Source: Acidimicrobiia bacterium (lineage in GTDB: Bacteria > Actinomycetota > Acidimicrobiia > Spongiisociales > UBA4744). Taken from it: a DNA stretch of 64,000 nt. Position numbers and translations under genes: made by a program. The notes beneath the pieces are model-generated. The model saw only the letters and a program-made list of their open reading frames with translations. It had not been told where the DNA came from and did not search any database. Every line of letters starts with the position of its first letter. Positions within the stretch are counted from its first letter, which is position 1. Shown here piece after piece: positions 27,213 to 36,012 of this stretch. The DNA is taken from positions 16,261 through 80,260 of the forward strand of contig JAOTUY010000003.1 in assembly GCA_029863625.1 (NCBI GenBank). The letters are read 5' to 3'.

Positions 27213-27716
27213 GTGAAGACCGTCATCTTGTTTCGTCACGGTAAGTCCGACTGGCACACATCCTCTGGTTCAGACCATGATCGGCCGCTCGCCGAGCGGG
27301 GCCGCCTGGCTGCCGACCGTATGGGCCGCTTCTTGGCTGATAAGGAAGAGGTTCCCCAGCGCGCTATTAGCTCGACGGCCTTGCGAGCCAGGGACACGCT
27401 CGACCGGGCCGTGCGGGCCGGAGAGTGGTCCTGTGAGGTGGAGCTGCTCGATGACCTGTACCTCCCGTCACCGTACGGACTCCTGGATGTTCTTCGGCAC
27501 CAGGTGGAGCCGGTTTCATCGGTGATGCTGGTCGGTCACGAGCCGGCCTGGTCCGAATCGCTCTCTCTCTTCGTAGGAGGAGGGGAGTATCGATTCCCGA
27601 CTGCCGCCATGGCCCGGGTCGATCTCGCCACGGAGCGATGGGTCGATATCGATTTTGGTCTCGGCGAGCTCCGGTGGCTGGTGACCCCGAAGGAAGTGGC
27701 CAGCGCGGAGCGCTAG
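27213..27716 (+). CDS. sixA: SixA-type histidine phosphatase
   Basis: LFRHGKS (RHG motif), DHDRPLAERG, SSTALRARDT, LVGHEP; GGGAGG SD before the start. Confidence 0.88.
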   Translation: MKTVILFRHGKSDWHTSSGSDHDRPLAERGRLAADRMGRFLADKEEVPQRAISSTALRARDTLDRAVRAGEWSCEVELLDDLYLPSPYGLLDVLRHQVEPVSSVMLVGHEPAWSESLSLFVGGGEYRFPTAAMARVDLATERWVDIDFGLGELRWLVTPKEVASAER

Positions 27717-27719
27717 CCA

Positions 27720-27791
27720 CGTATTTCGTACTTCCTACCTCGTACTGGCAAGTACGAAGTACGGGTTGGCCGGTCATCGACCGGCCAACCC
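27720..27791. repeat. Inverted heptamer arms followed by a 13-bp perfect hairpin (probable bidirectional terminator)
   Basis: CGTATTT CGTACTT CCTACCT CGTACT ... AAGTACG AAGTACG, then GGGTTGGCCGGTC-ATC-GACCGGCCAACCC (27763-27791), between convergent genes. Confidence 0.75.
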
Positions 27792-27800
27792 TCTTGCTGC

Positions 27801-29843
27801 TTACCTGAAGGACACCCAGGCGACGTCGGACAGATCGGTCAGGCTGCTCGCTTTCAGTCCTTTCTCCGACATGGTGTAGACGAGGTCGCCGATCACGATG
27901 GAGCGGTGGATCTGCGCCTGCCAGTCGTACCCGTACTCCTCTTCGGCTCCGCCCGGCTTGGGCCCGATGTGGGTAACCGTGCCGACGTCTTCGATGCCGT
28001 CCCGGTCGGCGATCACTCCGATGGCTCCGGCGAACCAGTCCTCACGACCGGCTTCCCAAGACCAGGCCTGGATCGGCAACATGGTCAGTCCCGTGGCCGG
28101 CCAGTAGAGGAACGCCCGGTGGTCGTATTCAACCTCAGACCATCCATCATCGAAGGTCATCTTGTGGATCCGTTTCGGGTTGGCGGGATCGCTCACATCG
28201 AACACCGCTACCTGGGTGCCCTTGTTTCGGCCTTGCTCGTCGGCGTCCTGGCCGATCCCCAGGAGAAGATCGTCGCCCATCGGATGCAGGTAGGCGGAGT
28301 AGCCGAGGATCTTCAGCTCGCCGAGGACCTTTGGTGCCCTGGGGTTGGAAAGGTCGATGGTGTACAGCGGATCGGTCTGGCGGAAGGTCACGACGTAGGC
28401 CATGTCGCCCATGTAGCGCACGCTGTAGATTCGCTCGCCTTTGCCGAGTTCGCCGATCTCGCCGATCACCTCGAGCACGCCGTCATCCTCCCGGAGAACC
28501 TGAATGAAGCTCTCCGAAACCGAATCGTCGCGCCAACCCCACCATTCTGGTTCGCTGGTGGTGGCCACCCGGAGATCGCCATTGTGCTCCGACATGGCCC
28601 ACTGATTGAGGAGGAAGCCTTCGACTTCACCGGAAGCCAGGTACACGGCCGCCTTCTCGCCCGAGATGTTGAACTGGTGGATCTCGGTAGTAACGCCTTC
28701 GAACTCGTCGGCCGCGTCGGCATCGTCGAGCAGGCTCCAGTCGTGCCAGCGCTGAGTGGCCACGTACAGAGATTCTTGGGAGGCGTAGACCGTGTCGCCG
28801 TCGGCGAACAAACCAACCGCGTCGGTCGGCTCGAGACCTTCGGAGAGATCGATGGTCAAAACGGAGAGAGTTCCCAGGCCGGAAAACTCTCGGGGCGCGA
28901 AGGTCTGCTCACATTCCAATAGTGTTCCCTCGGTGGTGATGGTGCGGTTGCCGCGCTTTTCCTCCATCACGAAGTACGGCAACCAGTTGTCAATGGTCGA
29001 GTCTTCGATCACCTGTCGGTTGGCGCGTTCCGCATCCCGCTCGGCCCGCAGGCCAGAACCCGTTGGGTAGACAAACTCGAGTCCGGTCGGGTAGGAGTCG
29101 ACGACGACCCGGGCGGTATCGCCCACCATCCGCGCACTCAAGTAACTGCCGTCAACGAAGAGAGTTCTGACGACGTGCATGTCATCCGGATCGGAAATGT
29201 CGACCTGAGAGAGAACCGAGATTCCGGCCCCGTAGTAGGGAATATCCGGATTCCAGATCTCAGGGGCCAGGCGCACTGGAACATCCCACTGATTGGTGCG
29301 GGACATGACCAGCAACGTGTCGCCGGACAGGAGCATCTCCTGGGCCCAACTGTTATCGAGTTGCAGGGAACCGGTCAGCTCAGGTTTGCCCCCGCTCACA
29401 TCGACGTAGTAGAGAACGCCCTGGGCGATGGCCAGGATCCTGGTGCCGTCGGTCTTGACTATATCGGGTTCATCGACGCCGACTTCTTGCACATTGGTGG
29501 TCGAGTAGTCAATCCCGGGCTGCAGGGCGGCATTGCGGGTGGCTCCGGAGGTGGCGGGCGTGGCGGTATCTTCCATGGCCATTTCGTCCACCAGCCAAGG
29601 TCCTCCGCCCCAGTACCCGTATCCGAGTCCGTACGGGCCGACCAGCTCGAGAGCATGCTCTTTGACGTACTCGAGCAATGGCTCGCAGGCATCGAATGGC
29701 TGCAAGGCGAATGCCATGCTGGCGGGGGCCCCGAGATGGCGGGTTGTTGTGGTGGTGTGGATCGTGCTGGGATTGACCGCCCCGGTAGTGCAGGCGGTTG
29801 CCAGCATGGTCATGGTCACCAGGATTCCGAATGTCTTTCGCAT
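27801..29843 (-). CDS. Secreted beta-propeller domain lipoprotein
   Basis: Start MRKTFGILV with lipobox LATAC; YSTTNVQEVGVDEPDIVKTDG, GERIYSVRYMGDMAYVVTFRQTDPLY and LGELKILGYSAYLHP are Beta_propel family motifs. Confidence 0.9.
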   Translation of the reverse strand: MRKTFGILVTMTMLATACTTGAVNPSTIHTTTTTRHLGAPASMAFALQPFDACEPLLEYVKEHALELVGPYGLGYGYWGGGPWLVDEMAMEDTATPATSGATRNAALQPGIDYSTTNVQEVGVDEPDIVKTDGTRILAIAQGVLYYVDVSGGKPELTGSLQLDNSWAQEMLLSGDTLLVMSRTNQWDVPVRLAPEIWNPDIPYYGAGISVLSQVDISDPDDMHVVRTLFVDGSYLSARMVGDTARVVVDSYPTGLEFVYPTGSGLRAERDAERANRQVIEDSTIDNWLPYFVMEEKRGNRTITTEGTLLECEQTFAPREFSGLGTLSVLTIDLSEGLEPTDAVGLFADGDTVYASQESLYVATQRWHDWSLLDDADAADEFEGVTTEIHQFNISGEKAAVYLASGEVEGFLLNQWAMSEHNGDLRVATTSEPEWWGWRDDSVSESFIQVLREDDGVLEVIGEIGELGKGERIYSVRYMGDMAYVVTFRQTDPLYTIDLSNPRAPKVLGELKILGYSAYLHPMGDDLLLGIGQDADEQGRNKGTQVAVFDVSDPANPKRIHKMTFDDGWSEVEYDHRAFLYWPATGLTMLPIQAWSWEAGREDWFAGAIGVIADRDGIEDVGTVTHIGPKPGGAEEEYGYDWQAQIHRSIVIGDLVYTMSEKGLKASSLTDLSDVAWVSFR

Positions 29844-30004
29844 GGGTGTCTCCCTCGCTGTTACTCCTCCGACGCAGAGAGTGGTGTCGAAGGTTCCCGG
29901 CTCGAGCGATCCGCTGTCCGCCGTCCGCGATCCGTGCGAAAGGAGCTGCGAGTCAGAGGGCAGTGAGTGGAAGGTGGGAAGCCTGGAACGTTCCATCTCC
30001 CAGC

Positions 30005-30056
30005 GCGAGCGAAGCGAGCGATCACCTTCCACTGCGAGCGGCGCGAGCGATCACCT
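30005..30056. repeat. Direct repeat of 23 nt containing GCGAGCGAAGCGAGC
   Basis: GCGAGCGAAGCGAGCGATCACCT (30005-30027) and GCGAGCGGCGCGAGCGATCACCT (30034-30056). Confidence 0.7.
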
Positions 30057-30084
30057 CGGATGGCGGATAGCTGAGATCTGTTTT

Positions 30085-30759
30085 CTACTCGCGGTCGGCT
30101 TTAGCCTCGTCGTAATAGTCGAGTCGGTCGATCGGCATGACGAGTGACGTGAGGATGTTCATCAGGTGGGCCGTGATCCGCTTGAAGTACCGGTAGAGCA
30201 AAGCTCGGGGCACGGCTTCTCGGGCGGGTTTCTCGGTGTGGAGTTGCTCGTCGATCAGCTTGTCGTATTCGTCCTGCAATTCGTCGCCGGCTTTCAGCAT
30301 GGCGTGGGCCGTTTCGAGGTCCTTCTCTCCGAACACGCGGGCCGTCTCGCCGATCAGCTTCGAGATGCGATCGCGGTAGCGCGTCAACACGTTGATGTCC
30401 TCGGCGTCCGACAGGTCGACTCCGCTGTTGGCGATGTCCCAAATGTTCTTCGAATAGTCGCCGATCCGCTCGGCGTCCTTGACGATGCTCATCGAGGCCA
30501 GAACGAGCGGGATGTCTGCCGAAGTGCCCCGCACGCTGACGTGCACCACCAATTCCCGTCTCACCGCACGCTCAGCCTTGTTGACACCCTTGTCGGTCTT
30601 GCGGATGTCCTTGCCGACCAGGGTCGGGTCGGTTCCTCCGATGAGCGCGTTGATGGCGCTGTCGAATGTATGCCGGTCATCGACGAGCATCTGGCGAATC
30701 TGCGCCTCTATCCGTTCGAGTTGCGCGTCTCCGCCGCCCCGGAAGAAGTCAAGCACCAT
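30085..30759 (-). CDS. PhoU-domain protein
   Basis: DIRKTDKGVNKAERAVRRELVVH and IVKDAERIGDYSKN; follows the Na/Pi cotransporter. Confidence 0.85.
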   Translation of the reverse strand: MVLDFFRGGGDAQLERIEAQIRQMLVDDRHTFDSAINALIGGTDPTLVGKDIRKTDKGVNKAERAVRRELVVHVSVRGTSADIPLVLASMSIVKDAERIGDYSKNIWDIANSGVDLSDAEDINVLTRYRDRISKLIGETARVFGEKDLETAHAMLKAGDELQDEYDKLIDEQLHTEKPAREAVPRALLYRYFKRITAHLMNILTSLVMPIDRLDYYDEAKADRE

Positions 30760-30773
30760 GGTTCACTCCAATC

Positions 30774-31916
30774 TCATTGCAGTAGCAGTATCCCAAGCAA
30801 CGGGACCAATACGAAGGCCCCGACCACGTAGACAATCACCAGCGACTTCCGGACCTCGGCAACCCGAGCCAGCTTCTCCGCTAAATAGACTGGGATTCTT
30901 CTGAGCTGGGGGATGGGATAGAAGACTAGGATGCCGCTGATATTGAACAGCGTATGAACCAGGGCGATCACCAACCCTTCCGGCCGCTCGGTGGCGAGCG
31001 AGGCGAGTAGAGCAGTGACGGTCGTTCCGACGTTCGCTCCCAGGGTGATGGGGTAGGCGTTGGCCAGGGTGAGCACACCGGCGGCAATCATCGGGACCAG
31101 CACCGAAGTCGTGATGCTCGAGGACTGCACCGCAACCGTCATGATCAGACCGATCGCCATGGCCGCTACGCCGCCACCCTTGGCAAGCACGACGTTCATG
31201 GATCGCTCGATACGGCCGGCCACTACCAGTTTCATGTTGCGGGTGATATAGGCGAGAGCCAAGAAGATGAGGGCCAGTCCGGCGACCAACAACAGAATGC
31301 CCAGCAGAGTGTCACCGGCCCCCAGGCCTTCGAAGAGTTTCTCCAGCAACTTGACCGGCGCCGACACGGCGGCCTTGATCGGGCTGTTCGGGCTCTCGAA
31401 GTCGAGATTCGTCGACCTCCCCAATAGCCCCGCCAATGCCTCTGCGGACTTCGATAAGAACTTGGTGGCAAGCTCGAGGGGCAGGAGCACGGCCACCGCC
31501 AGAATGTTGAAGAAGTCGTGCATGGTGGCTCCGGCGAATGCCCGGCGGAATTCCGAGCTGCGGCGCAGGTAGCCAAGCGAGGCGAGGGTATTGGTAACGG
31601 TGGTACCGATGTTGGCGCCCATGATCATGGGGACGGCCAGGGGAACGCTGAGTGTGCCTGCTCCCACCAACCCGACGATGGTCGCGGTCGTCACAGACGA
31701 CGACTGCACGAGGACCGTCGCCAGGGTGCCGACGAAGAGGCCGGCGATCGGGTTGGAAACCCCTGCGAAGAGCGAATCGGTGAAATCTGCTCCGAAGCTC
31801 TTGATGCCACTTTCGAGCGCCTTTACGCCCACCAGGAACAGGTAGAGAAGAAACAACACCAGGATTACCCGGACTCGTACCGGGATGTTGCGTCTGGATG
31901 TGATCTCGTCCGTCAT
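30774..31916 (-). CDS. Na/Pi cotransporter family protein
   Basis: Repeated QSSS motifs (LVQSSSVTT, AVQSSSITT) with MGANIGTT and LGANVGTT. Start re-called at MTDEITSRR. Confidence 0.92.
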   Translation of the reverse strand: MTDEITSRRNIPVRVRVILVLFLLYLFLVGVKALESGIKSFGADFTDSLFAGVSNPIAGLFVGTLATVLVQSSSVTTATIVGLVGAGTLSVPLAVPMIMGANIGTTVTNTLASLGYLRRSSEFRRAFAGATMHDFFNILAVAVLLPLELATKFLSKSAEALAGLLGRSTNLDFESPNSPIKAAVSAPVKLLEKLFEGLGAGDTLLGILLLVAGLALIFLALAYITRNMKLVVAGRIERSMNVVLAKGGGVAAMAIGLIMTVAVQSSSITTSVLVPMIAAGVLTLANAYPITLGANVGTTVTALLASLATERPEGLVIALVHTLFNISGILVFYPIPQLRRIPVYLAEKLARVAEVRKSLVIVYVVGAFVLVPLLGILLLQ

Positions 31917-32017
31917 GATCGCGCCAAATCGCCAGGGAGGTGTGACGCCCGTTGTCGGCTGCAGCATAGATGTTCTCAGGCCCGCACCGGCCGAAGTGGA
32001 TGCGTACGCTTGGAGGG

Positions 32018-32713
32018 GTGGACAACGCTGTACCCCGGGTGGCGGTGACCGCCAGCATCGAAGCATCAGCAGGGATGGCCGCCGAACTGGTCGTGGTTGG
32101 TCTTCGTCCGGTCGCCCTTCCCTGTGTCCGCATTCAGCAGGCTGATGACGCAGATCTGGCGCGTGCCCGCGCCTCGGTAGAAGAGGCCGACCTGGTGGTA
32201 CTGACCTCTTCGCGGGCTCTCGATGTTCTCTGGCCCGGCGGCCCGATTCCCGATACTCCGATTGCTATGTTGACACCGGCCGGGGCGGCCCGGGTTGAGG
32301 AACGTGGGGGCCGGGTGGCGCACGTCGGCACCGGCAACCCCTCCGATTTCACGGCCTATCTCATCCGTAAGGCGGCAGGCAAGCGAGTCGCCTACCCCCA
32401 CGACGAGGGCGTCGACCCGCGGATCATTGTTTCACTGGCGGACGCGGCTGAAGAGCTGGTGGCGGTAGCCGTGTACGGGTGGGTTCCCTTGGCCCCGGCA
32501 TCTGATCCTGTGGAAGCCGTTGTCTTCGAATCCCCGCTGGCGGTGGACGGTTGGATTGCCGCTCGCGATCTGGTGGGGATTGTGGCCGCCGCCATCGGTC
32601 CGGCGACCGCGGCAGCGCTGTGCCGCTACGGCCACGGTCCCGACATCCTGGTCCGCCGTCCCCACTTTGAGATACTGGCCGAGACCCTGGCAAGTGCGTT
32701 GCTGACTGGTTAG
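32018..32713 (+). CDS. Uroporphyrinogen-III synthase (HemD)-like protein
   Basis: RVAVT, DLVVLTSSRAL, VAVYG, VVFESPLAV, AIGPATAAAL; GTG start after a GGAGG SD. Confidence 0.75.
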   Translation: MDNAVPRVAVTASIEASAGMAAELVVVGLRPVALPCVRIQQADDADLARARASVEEADLVVLTSSRALDVLWPGGPIPDTPIAMLTPAGAARVEERGGRVAHVGTGNPSDFTAYLIRKAAGKRVAYPHDEGVDPRIIVSLADAAEELVAVAVYGWVPLAPASDPVEAVVFESPLAVDGWIAARDLVGIVAAAIGPATAAALCRYGHGPDILVRRPHFEILAETLASALLTG

Positions 32714-32715
32714 CA

Positions 32716-32783
32716 CCCTCCCCCCTGACGAGCGAAGCGAGTCGGTTGGGGGGAGTACCCGAGCGCAGTGAGGGGGTGGGGGG
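32716..32783. repeat. Repeat family 2 (palindromic C-run / G-run element)
   Basis: ccctcccccctgacgagcgaagcgagtcggttggggggagtacc...gagggggtgggggg; core matches 9236-9270. Confidence 0.75.
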
Positions 32784-32833
32784 CCGGGGGCTTGGTTCCC
32801 AACAAGATCAAGTTGGCAAGAGCTGGTTGCTGG

Positions 32834-33019
32834 TTACCGGGTATCCACCCGGTCGTTTCCGTTCATATACGGAGTGGGGATTTGTCCGGGCGTCCACCAC
32901 ACCGATTTGGCCTGCGGGTCATGGCGGTAGCCGCGCCGGATTGATGAAGCGTATCCTCCGAGCCAACTTGCCCCTGCAAAGATTGCGGCACCCGTGATCC
33001 AGGTGATCACCGATCCCAT
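32834..33019 (-). CDS. Small single-TM protein (61 aa), paralog B
   Basis: MGSVITWITGAAIFAGASWLGGYASSIRRGYRHDPQAKSVWWTPGQIPTPYMNGNDRVDTR; AGGAGG SD before ATG 33019. Confidence 0.7.
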   Translation of the reverse strand: MGSVITWITGAAIFAGASWLGGYASSIRRGYRHDPQAKSVWWTPGQIPTPYMNGNDRVDTR

Positions 33020-33091
33020 AGTGGTTCCTCCTACTGATTGGCACGGCTGGTGGGAAGGTCGGTCCCGGCCGTGTCGGGGTTGAGCAAACAT

Positions 33092-33122
33092 CAAAAAGCG
33101 GGCCGTTTCCGACGACCCACCG
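33092..33122 (-). terminator. Intrinsic terminator-like hairpin
   Basis: Minus strand GGGTCGT-CGGAA-ACGGCCC followed by GCTTTTTG, between the two small ORFs. Confidence 0.6.
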
Positions 33123-33222
33123 TCAAGGGTGAATGCTACTCGATCCCCGGCCCGATGTACGCTGTTCGCACAACAAGTCGTGGGAATGTCCGGGCGCTGG
33201 AAACGGGCGACAGGCTGCCGTT

Positions 33223-33438
33223 CTACCTGATCTCGTCTTCGGGATCGCGATGCGGGATCAATGGCGGAACCTGTCCGCCCGCTCCACCGTGTGTACCACC
33301 GCCGGCAGTCCACCAAGTTTGTTTCATGTCCTGGGGGTGCCGGTAGTCACCCCGGAGGACAGATCGGACATATTTGAAGAGCCACCAGCCGACCGCAACC
33401 ACGATGCTGGCGACCGCACCGCCGACGATCCATTCCAC
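33223..33438 (-). CDS. Small single-TM protein (71 aa), paralog A
   Basis: MEWIVGGAVASIVVAVGWWLFKYVRSVLRGDYRHPQDMKQTWWTAGG...; GTG start 13 nt after the ABC ATPase stop, with AAGGTG SD. Confidence 0.7.
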   Translation of the reverse strand: MEWIVGGAVASIVVAVGWWLFKYVRSVLRGDYRHPQDMKQTWWTAGGGTHGGAGGQVPPLIPHRDPEDEIR

Positions 33439-33451
33439 TTCTACACCTTAC

Positions 33452-34198
33452 CTATTGGCGCAACACCGCCTGGAGGAACCGCTGGGTTCGTTCGTGCTGG
33501 GGATTGAGCAGCACGTCGTCGGGTGGTCCTTCCTCCACAATGATGCCCTCGTCCATGAACACGACCCGGTCACCGACCTGCCGCGCAAAGCCCATCTCAT
33601 GGGTGACCACCATCATGGTCATGCCTTCTTGGGCCAGTCCGCGCATGACGTCCAGAACTTCGCCGACCAGCTCAGGATCAAGGGCGCTGGTCGGTTCGTC
33701 GAACAGCATCATGTCCGGGTTCATCGACAATGAACGAGCGATGGCCACTCTCTGCTGTTGGCCGCCGGAAAGGCGGATTGGGAACTCGTCGACCTTATCG
33801 GATAGCCCGACGCGCTCAAGGACCTTGCGGGCTTCTTCGTTCGCTTCGTCCTCGGACCGCTTGAGGACTTTCTGCTGGGCGATGGTCAGATTGCGCAACA
33901 CAGTGAGATGTGGGAAGAGGTTGAACTGCTGGAACACCATGCCAATCCGGGCCCGAACCGCGTCAACATCCGTCTCCGGGTCGGTCATATCAATGCCCTC
34001 GACCAGCACCTTGCCTGCGGTTGGCACCTCGAGCAGATTGACACAACGCAGCAGAGTCGACTTGCCGGATCCAGATGGGCCGACCACGCAGACCACTTCT
34101 TGAGCGTCGACCGTGAAATCGATTCCGCGGAGCACTTCGAGTTGACCGAAATGCTTGTGCAGGTCTATCGCTTCGATGGGAGGAACGTTCTCATTCAT
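33452..34198 (-). CDS. Polar amino acid ABC transporter ATP-binding protein (GlnQ-like)
   Basis: [49 protein letters not shown]. Confidence 0.95.
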   Translation of the reverse strand: MNENVPPIEAIDLHKHFGQLEVLRGIDFTVDAQEVVCVVGPSGSGKSTLLRCVNLLEVPTAGKVLVEGIDMTDPETDVDAVRARIGMVFQQFNLFPHLTVLRNLTIAQQKVLKRSEDEANEEARKVLERVGLSDKVDEFPIRLSGGQQQRVAIARSLSMNPDMMLFDEPTSALDPELVGEVLDVMRGLAQEGMTMMVVTHEMGFARQVGDRVVFMDEGIIVEEGPPDDVLLNPQHERTQRFLQAVLRQ

Positions 34199-34201
34199 GG
34201 T

Positions 34202-34987
34202 TCACCTCGCCCTCGCTGCCCGCTTCTCGAGCTGGGCTACCAGCCTGGTGAGCGGGAGGGTAATGATCAGGTAAACGAGTGCGATCACGACCAGTGGTGT
34301 TGCATTGAATTTTTGGGTCATGAGGTCACGACCGAACTTAGTGAGCTCTTTGTTCACCGGCGTGCTGCCGAGCACGAAGAACAGGGAGGTGTCCTTAATG
34401 AGCAATACGAGTTCGTTGGTGAGTGGGGGGATGATGATGCGAAAGGCCTGGGGAAGCACAATCGACCGCATCGCCGCACCGCGGCTCATGCCAAGCGAAC
34501 GGGCCGCCTCCATCTGTCCACGCGGGACGGCTTCGATTCCGGCACGGAGCGTTTCAGCCATGTATGCCGCTGCCACCAAACCCAAGCCGACGGTGCCCTG
34601 GCCGAGCAGTCCGCCGGGAATTCTGATATCGAGGGCGATCGGGAGTCCATATGCGACAAAGATGATGGTGACCAGCGCAGGCAGGCCTCGAAACAACTCG
34701 ATGTAAGAGTTGGCCACCCATCGATAGGGTCGTATCTCCGAGCGCTTCATCAATGCGAGGACGAGAGCGAGTACCAACCCGAAGGAGAATGCGGTGAACG
34801 TGTAGACGATCGTGTTCTTGGCGGCAACTGTGAACACTCGAGGCAACATCTCGGCGGCAACGTCGAGATTGAAAAAGGAGGTCTGGATCTGGCCCCAATC
34901 GGCCAGAACTGCGAAGAGGACTACTGCGAGGACAAAAACGAGGTAGAGGATGGCCCGGCGGAGCTTCTGTTTGGTGGTCTTCTTCAT
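34202..34987 (-). CDS. Polar amino acid ABC transporter permease
   Basis: YIELFRGLP, AETLRAGIEAVPRGQMEAARSLG, LLIKDTSL. Confidence 0.95.
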   Translation of the reverse strand: MKKTTKQKLRRAILYLVFVLAVVLFAVLADWGQIQTSFFNLDVAAEMLPRVFTVAAKNTIVYTFTAFSFGLVLALVLALMKRSEIRPYRWVANSYIELFRGLPALVTIIFVAYGLPIALDIRIPGGLLGQGTVGLGLVAAAYMAETLRAGIEAVPRGQMEAARSLGMSRGAAMRSIVLPQAFRIIIPPLTNELVLLIKDTSLFFVLGSTPVNKELTKFGRDLMTQKFNATPLVVIALVYLIITLPLTRLVAQLEKRAARAR

Positions 34988-35007
34988 GGCTCAGACCTCG
35001 AAAGTGT

Positions 35008-35033
35008 GAGGGGGACCCTAGCGGGTCCCCCTC
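35008..35033. terminator. Stem-loop immediately downstream of the SBP gene
   Basis: Perfect GAGGGGGACCC-TAGC-GGGTCCCCCTC between SBP and permease; no U-tract, so probably a stabiliser or attenuator. Confidence 0.6.
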
Positions 35034-35054
35034 GAGCGTGCTCAGCTGTGTTTC

Positions 35055-35825
35055 CTATCCAAACCACTTATCGAATATCGCGTCGAAGGTCCCGTCACTC
35101 TTGAACTTGGCGATTGCATCGTTGACATCACCCAGCAGCGTGTCCATGCCCTCTTCCTGGACGGCCAATCCGTACTCCTCGTTCGTTTCGTATGTCTGAA
35201 CGATCTCGACGCTGGGGTCGGCCTCCGCCCGGAGCTCATTGACCGGCTTGTCCTGGAGGATGCCGTCGATCTGGCCGGCGGCTAGCGCTACGAACAACTC
35301 TCCCCCGGTCGGGAAGTCCAGAATCGTCGCATCTGCGGGTGCGTTCTCCAAGGCGTAGTCCATACCGGTGGTACCGGATTGGACTCCCAGATTCAACCCG
35401 GCAAAACCATCGAGCGATGTGAGCCCGGAGTCGCCCGGGACCAACAGCGATTGGTCGACCTCGAGATACGGCTCGGAGAAATCGACGTTTTCTTCCCGCT
35501 CGGGTTTGATCGTGATGGCCGATGCAGCGATGTCGCAATCACCTGCCACCATCGCATTACCGGTCGTGATGGCCTCGAAACCGGTTCCCACGAAGGCCAT
35601 TTCCAGGCCTAATTCCCCGGCGATAGCGTCCATGATCTCAACGTCGATTCCGACGTACTCACCGCCAACTTCGTCCTCGAAGGGCGGATACGGGATGTCG
35701 GAACAAACCGTCAGTGTTCCTTCAGTCACCAGGCTGTACTCGCCGGACGTTCCACCGCCACAAGCCCCGGCGATCAATGCAAAGGCCAGCACCAGGATCA
35801 GTGCCGCCGCGTTCTTCCTTTTCAT
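35055..35825 (-). CDS. Polar amino acid ABC transporter substrate-binding lipoprotein
   Basis: Start MKRKNAAAL with lipobox AGAC; SDIPYPPFE, GIDVEI, EENVDFSEPY, GVQSGTTG. Confidence 0.93.
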   Translation of the reverse strand: MKRKNAAALILVLAFALIAGACGGGTSGEYSLVTEGTLTVCSDIPYPPFEDEVGGEYVGIDVEIMDAIAGELGLEMAFVGTGFEAITTGNAMVAGDCDIAASAITIKPEREENVDFSEPYLEVDQSLLVPGDSGLTSLDGFAGLNLGVQSGTTGMDYALENAPADATILDFPTGGELFVALAAGQIDGILQDKPVNELRAEADPSVEIVQTYETNEEYGLAVQEEGMDTLLGDVNDAIAKFKSDGTFDAIFDKWFG

Positions 35826-36012
35826 GCCCTTCCTCCTCATGTTTGGTCGGGATTCTCGGCCATCCGATCGTTTCTCCCTGGGGAATGCTAGGCGGTTCCA
35901 GTGGGAGCTGCCCAACCGGGTCCGGGTTGGTCTATTCGCGCCAATCACTATTCTGATAGATCACCGACGCCGCCGTCCGGTTGGGTAGCGTCTTAGGATC
36001 CGAGGTTGATCT

